A DNA stretch of 32,000 nt from Cereibacter sphaeroides 2.4.1 (GTDB lineage: Bacteria; Pseudomonadota; Alphaproteobacteria; Rhodobacterales; Rhodobacteraceae). Below, in pieces: positions 1-7,498 of this stretch. The stretch covers positions 1,920,001 through 1,952,000 of the forward strand of contig NC_007493.2 of NCBI RefSeq assembly GCF_000012905.2, given 5' to 3'. The notes beneath the pieces are model-generated. The model saw only the letters and a program-made list of their open reading frames with translations. It searched no databases and was not told the DNA's origin. The translations under genes and the position numbers were made by a program. Within the stretch, counting starts at the first letter, position 1; each line of letters begins with the position of its first letter.

Positions 1-537
1 GCCTTCCGCCCCGACCGCTGCCTCGCCCACGGCGAGCGCGTCCAGGGCCCCGGCTGGGTGCTCGAGGCGATCCATACTCCGGGCCATCTCGGCAGCCATC
101 TCTGCTTCGCCTGGGGCGACCGCTGCTTTTCGGGCGACCACGCGATGGGCTGGGCCACCTCGCTCGTCTCTCCTCCGGACGGGGACATGGGCGCCTATGT
201 CGCCTCCCTCGCCCAGCTCTCTGCCCGGAGCTGGCGCTTGCTCTATCCGGGCCACGGCGCGCCGGTGACCGACCCCGGATCGCGGCTGGCCTGGCTCGCG
301 GCCCACCGCCGCGAGCGCGAGAGCTCGATCCTCGCGGAACTCGCCCGGGGCCCCGCAACCGTGCGCGACCTGACGCCTCGCATCTACCGCGAGACGCCCC
401 CCGAGCTTCTGCCTGCGGCGGCGCGGAACCTCCTGGCCCACCTCCTCGACCTCTGGAACCGGAGGCAGGTGTCGGCCGATCCGGGGCCGTCCCCTGACGC
501 GATTTTCACCCTGTCGGAGCCTCGGGAAGAAAGTTGA
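1..537 (+). CDS. MBL-fold metallo-hydrolase (glyoxalase II-like), C-terminal part; 5' end lies outside the window
   Basis: Frame 1 is open from base 1 and stops at 535-537. The motifs HTPGHLGSH, GDH and YPGHG match the metal-ligand pattern of the metallo-beta-lactamase fold. Confidence 0.75.
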   Translation, partial: AFRPDRCLAHGERVQGPGWVLEAIHTPGHLGSHLCFAWGDRCFSGDHAMGWATSLVSPPDGDMGAYVASLAQLSARSWRLLYPGHGAPVTDPGSRLAWLAAHRRERESSILAELARGPATVRDLTPRIYRETPPELLPAAARNLLAHLLDLWNRRQVSADPGPSPDAIFTLSEPREES

Positions 538-596
538 AAAACCTTCCACATTCCCTCTGGACGCCCCCGAATCCGGTTGCTATATCGCCCTCGTGT

Positions 597-671
597 TCCG
601 GCGTAGCTCAGCGGTAGAGCAGTTGACTGTTAATCAATTGGTCGTAGGTTCGATCCCTACCGCCGGAGCCA
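597..671 (+). tRNA. tRNA-Asn (anticodon GTT), CCA encoded
   Basis: Hand-folded cloverleaf. Acceptor TCCGGCG/CGCCGGA, D arm GCTC-AGCGGTA-GAGC, anticodon stem GTTGA/TCAAT with loop CTGTTAA, T arm GTAGG-TTCGATC-CCTAC, discriminator G plus CCA. Total 75 nt. Confidence 0.93.
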
Positions 672-733
672 AAAATCCCTGAGGGATCAGCTACATGAGA
701 GAAGCCCGCCACCGGCGGGCTTTCTTGTTTTGC
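623..733. repeat. Left attachment-site repeat (3' half of tRNA-Asn plus downstream terminator)
   Basis: Bases 623-733 align with 11600-11710 at an offset of 10977. Bases 623-674 are identical to 11600-11651 (52 bp). The remainder has about 7 mismatches, including a 3-nt swap in the terminator loop. Confidence 0.9.
702..730 (+). terminator. Rho-independent terminator downstream of tRNA-Asn
   Basis: AAGCCCGCC-acc-GGCGGGCTT stem-loop followed by TCTTGTTTT. Confidence 0.75.
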
Positions 734-737
734 TTCT

Positions 738-756
738 GGGGAACACCGGGGGAACA
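738..756 (+). repeat. Two direct copies of GGGGAACA (738-745, 749-756), candidate integrase arm-type sites at the left end
   Basis: The same 8-mer recurs twice in the same orientation at 11452-11459 and 11464-11471 near the other end of the element. Confidence 0.45.
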
Positions 757-841
757 GGGTAGGACTGGAACCCGCTGCCGTTGTTATCCATCTGACGGGC
801 GCCTAAGCTGCTCTCGAATCATCAGCAAGGGATCGATCCTG

Positions 842-1120
842 ATGGACGAGTTGGCCACGTTCGACGAAGCGGACTGGGAAGATCTGACTGCCGCCGATAA
901 GAAGGCGCTGAAGACGTTCTCGCGAGTCTCCATGTCCTACGAACCGCTTGCAAAGGCCCCTGGCGTCGGTCAATTGAGCATGGATGCCTTGGTTGCAAAG
1001 GGTCTGGCCGAGGAAGGGCAGCCGTGCCTGCATGGCAGAACCTTCAAGCTGTCCGATAAGGGATGGCTTGCGGTCGAGTGGATCAATGGCCGGAAGACGA
1101 GAGTCTACCCTCGAGCATAA
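842..1120 (+). CDS. Hypothetical protein (92 aa), the only plus-strand gene of the element
   Basis: The internal ATG at 842 (MDELATFDEADWEDL...) is preceded by AAGGGA. The longer 695 start would lie inside the att repeat and terminator. No family recognised. Confidence 0.45.
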   Translation: MDELATFDEADWEDLTAADKKALKTFSRVSMSYEPLAKAPGVGQLSMDALVAKGLAEEGQPCLHGRTFKLSDKGWLAVEWINGRKTRVYPRA

Positions 1121-1132
1121 TCCCGGAACGGG

Positions 1133-1762
1133 TCAGCCCTTCCGCATCCGCGCCTTCATTGCACATGATTTGGAGCAGGCCGTTTGCGCGGCCCGCTTCG
1201 GTCGGAATACCTGCCCGCACCCGATGCAGGTCCGATCCGGCACCGTGCGCTGCATCTGCCCCTTGCACGCCCTTGAACACGTCACCTGTTCCACCTGATG
1301 AGGCCGGAATGTGATGCCGCAGACGAGGCACACCTTTGGCCACCGGATGCGCTTGTCGTCGTCCCGGCACTTGAGGCCGCAATACACCTGCCCCTCGTTT
1401 GTAGGGAAGAACCGCTTGCCGCAGACCTTGCAGTTTCGCTTGTTCCGCTTGGCGCGCATGTCGTCACCAGAGCGGACCTTGCAGGCTTCGGAACAGTAGA
1501 TCCGGCCATAGGCGCCCATCTGCCCGCCGCAGAACAGGCATTTCTGCGACTTCCGCGCCTCGGCCCGTGCCGCCTGTTTCTCGGCCGTGTAGAACCGTTG
1601 CCGACACTTGCTATCGCAGAACTCGCGCCGGATCGTCACGCCGGCCGGGAGGGGCTTTCCGCACCAGTTGCAGCTCAGTCCAGACGGATTGCCATGCGAA
1701 TGGCCGTCTCCGCATCCGCATGGCGCAGAGCCGAAAGCCGGCTGTGATGGCTGCGCTTGCAT
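1133..1762 (-). CDS. Cysteine-rich protein with five tandem CxxC-(11-15 aa)-CxxxC zinc-ribbon modules (zf-FCS/TRASH-like); start uncertain
   Basis: Modules are CNWCGK..FCDSKC, CLFCGG..YCSEAC, CKVCGK..YCGLKC, CLVCGI..TCSRAC and CIGCGQ..ACSKSC. The first in-frame ATG (1762) overlaps the upstream gene by 88 nt and has no clear RBS. Confidence 0.55.
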   Translation of the reverse strand: MQAQPSQPAFGSAPCGCGDGHSHGNPSGLSCNWCGKPLPAGVTIRREFCDSKCRQRFYTAEKQAARAEARKSQKCLFCGGQMGAYGRIYCSEACKVRSGDDMRAKRNKRNCKVCGKRFFPTNEGQVYCGLKCRDDDKRIRWPKVCLVCGITFRPHQVEQVTCSRACKGQMQRTVPDRTCIGCGQVFRPKRAAQTACSKSCAMKARMRKG

Positions 1763-2181
1763 ATGCTGGAACAGAACTTCTGATGCCCCTCGGGAAGCGG
1801 CTTGTGGCACCGCTGGCACCTGGTGTGCTCGATCAGGGCTCCGCTCTCGATAGTCCATTCCGGCTGCCCCTCGTTCCAGCTCGGCCGCTTGACACCCGCC
1901 TTGCGCAGGGCCTCGGCCACCATCGCCGCGGCCATCTCGTCGGCCGCATCCCATTTCCATCCTTGCAGGCAGAGCCCCGAGCGGATCGCGTGACGGAACG
2001 GACCCTCGAGCGCGAACAGGGACGCGGCGTGGCCCTCGGCGAAAGCCGCGCGCATCCGGGCGGCCATGGCATCCGTGAGCCGTTCGGCGCGCTCGGTCGC
2101 GAGCTTTCCCCGCCTCGCGTCACGCTCGCGACGCTTGAGGGCGCGAGCCATCTCCAGAGCCGCGGGCGTGAGCATCAGCAT
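1675..2181 (-). CDS. Hypothetical protein with one C-terminal CxxC...FCSxxC zinc-ribbon module
   Basis: The ATG at 2181 follows the portal stop by 1 nt (TGACATG). The C-terminus carries CQRCHKPLPEGHQKFCSSIC, the same module type as the next gene. Confidence 0.55.
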   Translation of the reverse strand: MLMLTPAALEMARALKRRERDARRGKLATERAERLTDAMAARMRAAFAEGHAASLFALEGPFRHAIRSGLCLQGWKWDAADEMAAAMVAEALRKAGVKRPSWNEGQPEWTIESGALIEHTRCQRCHKPLPEGHQKFCSSICKRSHHSRLSALRHADAETAIRMAIRLD

Positions 2182-2182
2182 G

Positions 2183-3244
2183 TCAGTCGCTCCAGTCGAT
2201 GAATTGCAGGGCATCCTTCATGGCCGCGCCGTCGATCCCGGCCTCTTTCGCCTGCGCCATGGCTTGAACCATGGTCGCCAGGGCTCGAGCCTTGCCGCCG
2301 TGGTCGAAGGCCTGCATCGGCCGCACAACGTCGATAGCCACCGCGCCCCCGAGCTTGCGGGTCGCTTCCTCGGCCATCAGGCCGGCAATCGGCTGGAGCA
2401 CCAGTTGCGCCAGATGCCGCTGCGCCTCGCGAACCATCGGCCCCGTGGTCGCCTCGTTCATGAGGCCGGGCAGGACGCCATAGGCGCCCAGGATCGCCCC
2501 CTTGGCCTCGGTCAGCATCTTGTCGGCCAGCGTCCGCGCCAGATCCGGCGAGAGCTGGTCCGGCTTCTGGCCGAGGTTCGGGTTCATGCCGGCCGCGGTT
2601 GCCTGCGCAACACCCTCGATCACGAGAGCCGCGCCGCGCCGGCCGCGGAAGCCCTGCCGAAGCGCCTCCATGTCGTCGGCCGAGCCCTCGGGAACCGGCA
2701 CGATCTGGGAGCCCAGAGGCGCGTCCCGGAACACGTCGCGCAAGGCAGTCTCCAGCTCGCCCAGAAGCTCGGCCGAGAGCTGCGCCCGTTTCAGCGGGGC
2801 AGAGCCCGCCCAGGGCGTGACAGGATCGCAGCCGATGCGGAAATGCAGCACTTCGGGCGCCAGCACGGTTTCGCCTCGGCCGCCGCCCACTTCCGGGATC
2901 TGGCACCGATAGGCCCGCGGTTGCCCGTCGCGCGTGCTCAAGTCCCAATCGATCGCAGGCACCAGCCGGTCGCGGATCAGGAACAGGGCCTCGCCCCGGA
3001 GCGCCAGGGAGCGGGCGCAAAGGGCCATGGTCTGCCTGTCCAGCATGTCGGTGCCGGTCACGTCCGCAAGGGACAGGCCGGCTTCCCAGAGGCTGACAGC
3101 GGTTTGCACCGTCGCCGTCAGCTCGCCCATGCCCGCGGTGCCGGCGATAAAGCTTGCGCGGCTTGCCATGACAAGGGCGGTGTAGCCCGAGCCGGTCGCT
3201 CGGGTTTCCATGGGCTTGCGGCGGAAAAGGCTCATCAGGCCCAT
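2183..3244 (-). CDS. Phage portal protein, HK97 family
   Basis: 353 aa. The N-terminus MGLMSLFRRKP and overall sequence resemble HK97-type portals. The start sits in a TGACATG junction with the protease stop. Confidence 0.8.
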   Translation of the reverse strand: MGLMSLFRRKPMETRATGSGYTALVMASRASFIAGTAGMGELTATVQTAVSLWEAGLSLADVTGTDMLDRQTMALCARSLALRGEALFLIRDRLVPAIDWDLSTRDGQPRAYRCQIPEVGGGRGETVLAPEVLHFRIGCDPVTPWAGSAPLKRAQLSAELLGELETALRDVFRDAPLGSQIVPVPEGSADDMEALRQGFRGRRGAALVIEGVAQATAAGMNPNLGQKPDQLSPDLARTLADKMLTEAKGAILGAYGVLPGLMNEATTGPMVREAQRHLAQLVLQPIAGLMAEEATRKLGGAVAIDVVRPMQAFDHGGKARALATMVQAMAQAKEAGIDGAAMKDALQFIDWSD

Positions 3245-3245
3245 G

Positions 3246-3800
3246 TCAAAGCCTCCAGCGGTTGAGGTGGAAAGCCGCGCCGCGGAAGGGTTGCCGGTCC
3301 TGATGCGTTTCCCAGGATCGGGCCTCGATCTGCGCCTCGGGGTAGGCTGGCACTGTCACGGCCGACAGCTCGAACAGAGCCGCGCGGGTGATCGTGCGCA
3401 GCAGCCCTGCGCCGCGTTGCTCGATCCGCTCGCCCCCGGACTGGACGCGGAAGCCCGGCGACAGGCCCCGAACGAGGCCCGCCCGGTGAGCCGCAAGGAA
3501 GTCCTGCGCCCAGGAGGTGCCGCCCTCGATCCGCGCCTCGAGCACCAGCGCCGCGTCAGTGTCGGAAATGGTGAGGGAGCCCGCGGCCCGAGAGGCCAAC
3601 GGGCGGTTGTAGTCGTGGCCGGCGAGAAGGTGGATATCCTCGCCTGCCTCGATCCGGTCGGAGAAGGCCCGAGCGGCGATGACTTCTCGCCGTCCCGGTG
3701 CCAGCTCGGTTTCCGCGCCATAGGGGAACGTCGCCCGAAGGCGGGTTGCCCCGCCCTCGCTGCGCAGCTCCAGCGCGCCGAGAGACGCCCCCCAGAGCAT
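3246..3800 (-). CDS. HK97-family prohead maturation protease
   Basis: 184 aa. HLLAGHDYNRPLA ... LSPGFRV ... ELSAVTVPAYP resembles the HK97 prohead protease pattern. ATGA overlap with the capsid stop at 3800. Confidence 0.8.
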   Translation of the reverse strand: MLWGASLGALELRSEGGATRLRATFPYGAETELAPGRREVIAARAFSDRIEAGEDIHLLAGHDYNRPLASRAAGSLTISDTDAALVLEARIEGGTSWAQDFLAAHRAGLVRGLSPGFRVQSGGERIEQRGAGLLRTITRAALFELSAVTVPAYPEAQIEARSWETHQDRQPFRGAAFHLNRWRL

Positions 3801-5062
3801 CAGGCCACCTGCAGTCCGGTGACAAGCTCCAGCTGCGCGCCGCGCGCCACGGTAACGTCTGCCGTGGTGAGAGCAGTCAGCCGCACGCCGCCCGATTGCG
3901 CGTCCGAGTAGGGATCGCGGATCAGGTCGAAGGCACCCCAGAGGCCCACGAAAGCGGGCGCCACGCCGCCGGCCGAGGTCGCCAGAAGGGCCGAGGTCGC
4001 GAGCGGCGAGCCGCTCGGAGCGGCCAGCGCATTGGACGACATGACGATGCCGCCAAGGTTCTCCTTCAGCCGGTCGAACTCGAACTTGAAGCCCGAGTCA
4101 CTGACAAGGATGCCGTCCAGATAGCTCCACAGCTCGGGACGGATCAGCGCCTTGACTTCGCCCGGCCCGGCCGCCGCGTTGGCGGTCATGAAGCGCACCA
4201 CCGCCGCGCGGATCGCCGCCCAGGAGGCCGCGGCACCGACTGCCGTCGAGGTGATGCCATAGGTGGAGACGCCTGGGATCAGGCCCAGCGGTTGCCCGTT
4301 CGCGCCGGTCCCGCGGAAAATCGCCTTGTCCAGCTCGGCCGACATGGTGCCCGACATGTCGCGCCGGATCGCCGCCTCGAGCGCATCGCCCGATTGCAGC
4401 ATGGCCTTGCGGCTGATCCGCATATGAATGCCCAGGGTTTGCTCGGGCTTCAGGGCCTTGTCGGTCGTGGCATAGGCGGTCGGCCCGGCCACGTTTGCCA
4501 GCTCGCCGTCTGCCCAGCCGGCCGAGACGGCCGAGGTCGTCACCGGCCATTCGACGGCGCCCGAGCCGATGGTGATGAGCTGGACGCCCATTTGCGCCGC
4601 CACCGAAGCCGGGAACAGCCGGTCGATGATCGGGCGCGTCTGGAGCGGGTCGGGCGTGCCCGAGGCCACGGTTTCGCCGGCACGCTGTTCCAGCGCCATC
4701 AGGGGCACCGGGACGCCGCGATAGCCGCCAGCGTTGCGCAGCTCGGCCACCACCTCGGCCGTGCGGCCCGAGAGCGCGCGGCCCTCCTCCAGCGCCCGCA
4801 CCACCTGCCGCAGCTCATAGCCCGCCACCATTTCGGACCACTCCCGGCCGGAACGGGTTTCCAGATCGGCGCCGGCCTCGCGGCGCTCGGTGTCCTCGGC
4901 GATGAGGGCGGCACGATAGCGGGTCTCGTTCTGGCGATATTCGCCGTCGAGCTGTTCCATCTGCCGGGTTTCATCCTCGGTCGGGGTCGGCTTGCCGGCG
5001 AGGGTCGAGAGGGCTTGGCGGATCTCGGATTGCCGCCGCGCGATGGTCACGGAAGTGAGCAT
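3800..5062 (-). CDS. Major capsid protein, HK97 family (with N-terminal delta/scaffold-like coiled coil)
   Basis: Start chosen at ATG 5062 (MLTSVTIARRQSEIRQ...) because AAAGGAG lies 6 nt upstream. The charged helical N-terminus followed by a capsid fold-like body is typical of HK97 MCPs. Confidence 0.85.
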   Translation of the reverse strand: MLTSVTIARRQSEIRQALSTLAGKPTPTEDETRQMEQLDGEYRQNETRYRAALIAEDTERREAGADLETRSGREWSEMVAGYELRQVVRALEEGRALSGRTAEVVAELRNAGGYRGVPVPLMALEQRAGETVASGTPDPLQTRPIIDRLFPASVAAQMGVQLITIGSGAVEWPVTTSAVSAGWADGELANVAGPTAYATTDKALKPEQTLGIHMRISRKAMLQSGDALEAAIRRDMSGTMSAELDKAIFRGTGANGQPLGLIPGVSTYGITSTAVGAAASWAAIRAAVVRFMTANAAAGPGEVKALIRPELWSYLDGILVSDSGFKFEFDRLKENLGGIVMSSNALAAPSGSPLATSALLATSAGGVAPAFVGLWGAFDLIRDPYSDAQSGGVRLTALTTADVTVARGAQLELVTGLQVA

Positions 5063-5388
5063 GGGATCTCCTTTTGCTCGGTTGGCGCCTCCAGGTCGGA
5101 GACGGCTTGTCGCCACGCCACGCGGGCGGGATCGGGGTCAGGAATGCCGCACTCGCGCCGGGTGTGGCGCGTGTGGCAGGCAGGACAAAGGGAAGTCAGG
5201 TTGGACGGGTCGAACGACAGCTCGGGAGCCGTGCGAACGGGTTTCTTGTGGTGAACCTCCAGTCGGCCGCGCTTGCCGCACTCGGTGCAGGCCCAGCCGT
5301 CGCGCTCGAGGATCTGATGCCGCAGCACCTTCCAGCGCCGCGTCCGCAGCACCGGCCGAGAGAAGCGGGAGAAGCGGTCTAGAGCCAT
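5047..5388 (-). CDS. HNH endonuclease (packaging-associated)
   Basis: CTECGKRGRLEVHHKKPV...NLTSLCPACHTRH is a CxxC...HH...N...CxxCH HNH motif. It sits directly after TerL. Confidence 0.85.
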   Translation of the reverse strand: MALDRFSRFSRPVLRTRRWKVLRHQILERDGWACTECGKRGRLEVHHKKPVRTAPELSFDPSNLTSLCPACHTRHTRRECGIPDPDPARVAWRQAVSDLEAPTEQKEIPCSLP

Positions 5389-7052
5389 GCCGCCCTCGCT
5401 TTCCGCATCGGAGCGGCCTTCATGCGGGCGCCCTGCGCCACCGCCAGGACAGAGGCCGCGGCAGCGTCGATCCGCCCGAGGGAGCGGGCCTTGGCGAGCT
5501 TGTGGTTCCCGGCCGGATCCACCAGCGTGATTGCATCCGAGAAGGCGGAGCGCAGGAGCATGGAGGGCGCCACCTGCACCTCTCCGTCAAACAGCGCGCG
5601 CCGGAACCGCTCGATATCCTCACTGCCGTCCTTCCACCCGAAGCCGCGCCAGACAAAGGGCACACGGGCAAGGCCCGCGGCCTGCATCGCCTCGGTGAAC
5701 TCGGCATGGCGGAAGCGGTCGCCCACGACACAGGCCACCTCGGCCCCGTCCAGGTGCCGCACGATGGCCGCCAGCCATGGGCCAGGGGGCACCGTGGCAT
5801 CGCCCATCACGGTCAGCTCGCCGCGGGCCTCCATCTGCACATAGCGGTCGGAGACGCCATCAGCGGCGCCACGGTCGGCCAGGGAGGGAGACGCGGGGAA
5901 GGTGCCCAGGGCCTCCAGACGCCCCGTCTCGGGCCAGTAGAAGGCCGCCGCAGACATGGAGCGGGAGCCGCCCAGATCGACGCCCAGAACGCAGGGACCG
6001 GAGCGCGGGGGCAGCTCGTCGGGCGCCACCTCGGCCGAAAGCCACTCGTCCACCGTCACCAGAACGGACCGATCCTCGGTCGATACACGCTCGTTCCGGT
6101 TCAGGTTGCGGAAGCTGGAGAGGGCCGAACCACCCCGCGCAATCGCGCGCCGGGCCTGCGCCACCAGCCATTCTGGCGTGGAACCGATGCCCTCGGCCGC
6201 GCCCGGATTGGCCTCCAGAAGGGACGGCAGATCGTCTGCAGGAAGCCCGAAGGCCGGCCGATGCTCTTGGACATACGTCCCCGGCGGGGGCTCATCGAGC
6301 CACCGGGAGAAGGTGTTGGCGTCGTCGGGCGCGCTGGTGGAAATGATGAGGGCGCGGCCGTCGCGTTTGCCAAGGCCCGAGAGAATGGCGTTCTCGAGGT
6401 TGTCGCCCTTCTCCCGTTCCCACGCCGCGCGCTCGTCCATGAGGGCCAGCGTCGGAGCGCCGCCCAGGATCGACTTGCCATCGGCCGCGATGACGCGCGC
6501 CAGCCCGCCGCCGTTGCCCTCGAACTCCACCTCGAGCTTTGAGCCGCGCCGGATGGTGAAGCCTGCCCGATCCTCCTCCGGGAGGCCGTCGATATAGCCC
6601 ACGAGGAACTGAAATGCGGTCTTTGCCTGGTCCCGGTTCCGGGCGGCAAACAGGATCTCGCGCTTGGGTTGGGGCTTGGGATGCAGCGCGCCCACCAGCT
6701 CGGCCAGGGCGAGGCCGGCAGAGAGCGCGGTCTTGGCGTTGCCGCGTCCGATTGAAAGCACGCCCACCATCACGCCCGGCGCCATGGAGCCACGGACGAA
6801 CCGGCACTGAAATTCGGCCAGCTTGAGAGGCTTCCCGGCCTTCTTCCCCTCGGGCACTCGGAGCTGTTTCAGGAAGGCAATGGCCCTCGAGGCCGGGTCT
6901 TTCCCCCGGATTTTTTCCAGAAGCGAGAGAGGAACACCCCGACCCACGGTATCCGCCCCTCCCCGAGCCGGGGCATTGGGACCAGATCCGGGGGGCAGGC
7001 CATCCTTGCGCGGTCGGCCGCGCGGGCGCTTCACTCGCTCGTCGGCAGGCAT
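5379..7052 (-). CDS. terL: Terminase large subunit (Terminase_1-like)
   Basis: 557 aa. Basic N-terminus, then LKLAEFQCRFVRG and an ATPase region (VLSIGRGNAKT; LALMDE) followed by a nuclease half. Overlaps the gp6-like gene by 22 nt and HNH by 10 nt. Confidence 0.8.
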   Translation of the reverse strand: MPADERVKRPRGRPRKDGLPPGSGPNAPARGGADTVGRGVPLSLLEKIRGKDPASRAIAFLKQLRVPEGKKAGKPLKLAEFQCRFVRGSMAPGVMVGVLSIGRGNAKTALSAGLALAELVGALHPKPQPKREILFAARNRDQAKTAFQFLVGYIDGLPEEDRAGFTIRRGSKLEVEFEGNGGGLARVIAADGKSILGGAPTLALMDERAAWEREKGDNLENAILSGLGKRDGRALIISTSAPDDANTFSRWLDEPPPGTYVQEHRPAFGLPADDLPSLLEANPGAAEGIGSTPEWLVAQARRAIARGGSALSSFRNLNRNERVSTEDRSVLVTVDEWLSAEVAPDELPPRSGPCVLGVDLGGSRSMSAAAFYWPETGRLEALGTFPASPSLADRGAADGVSDRYVQMEARGELTVMGDATVPPGPWLAAIVRHLDGAEVACVVGDRFRHAEFTEAMQAAGLARVPFVWRGFGWKDGSEDIERFRRALFDGEVQVAPSMLLRSAFSDAITLVDPAGNHKLAKARSLGRIDAAAASVLAVAQGARMKAAPMRKARAAWL

Positions 7053-7336
7053 ACCCGCACCCCGCGGTATCGCGAGACGATGCGTGACGCGGCAAGGGAC
7101 AGGCCCATGGGCCTATCCTCTGTGCCACCGCGTGCGTCGAACAGCATGGCCGCCTGATCGCAGATCGCATAGGCCAGGTCGCTCGGCAGGGATGCACCCT
7201 CGGCCAGGGTGTAGCCTGCAGCCGCCAGCACGTCAGCCTGTGCAGCCGCAATCATCAGCTCCAGCGTTGCGTCCTCGTCGCTGAGGTCGATCCGCGCAAG
7301 CGCCTTAGTTGCAGAGAGAAGGTCGGGATTGCTCAT
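7031..7336 (-). CDS. gp6-like head-tail connector / DNA-packaging adaptor protein
   Basis: 101 aa. The N-terminal pattern KALARIDLSDEDATLELMIAAAQADVLAAAG is typical of the Phage_connect_1 (gp6-like) family. Confidence 0.65.
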   Translation of the reverse strand: MSNPDLLSATKALARIDLSDEDATLELMIAAAQADVLAAAGYTLAEGASLPSDLAYAICDQAAMLFDARGGTEDRPMGLSLAASRIVSRYRGVRVCLPTSE

Positions 7337-7397
7337 GCGCCAATACTAGATCAGCCGCAACTAACTGAGAATCCTAACACTTTATAACGCTGTCTAT

Positions 7398-7439
7398 CCG
7401 CACCGCAGTCAGGCCCTTAAGTATATGACTGCGGTGCGG
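7398..7439. repeat. Perfect 14-bp inverted repeat (CCGCACCGCAGTCA / TGACTGCGGTGCGG) with a 14-nt loop
   Basis: Read directly from the sequence. It lies between the RepA-like gene and the packaging operon. The CCGCAGTC/GACTGCGG 8-mer recurs at 7504-7511 and 7521-7528. Confidence 0.8.
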
Positions 7440-7498
7440 TGGTGGGGCTTACGCCCCCATACCACGCGCCCCACATGCATATTCCGCTCTCACCGCAC

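Noticed and set aside
695-841. Longer start (695) for the 842-1120 ORF
   Set aside because: It would begin inside the att repeat and tRNA terminator and read through the GGGGAACA repeats. The N-terminal 49 aa look non-coding (MREARHRRAFLFCFWG...).
2066-3265. 399-aa plus-strand ORF, together with 2175-3020 and 2502-2912, overlapping the portal gene
   Set aside because: These are antisense or out-of-frame shadow ORFs of a recognisable HK97 portal. The sequences are Arg/Gly/Ala/Pro-rich and low in complexity, as expected in high-G+C DNA.
3698-6542. Long plus-strand ORFs 3698-5254 and 4992-6542, plus 5777-6346 and 5956-6597
   Set aside because: They lie opposite the capsid, HNH and TerL genes, which have clear family signatures and coupled starts. 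Their composition is typical of shadow ORFs.
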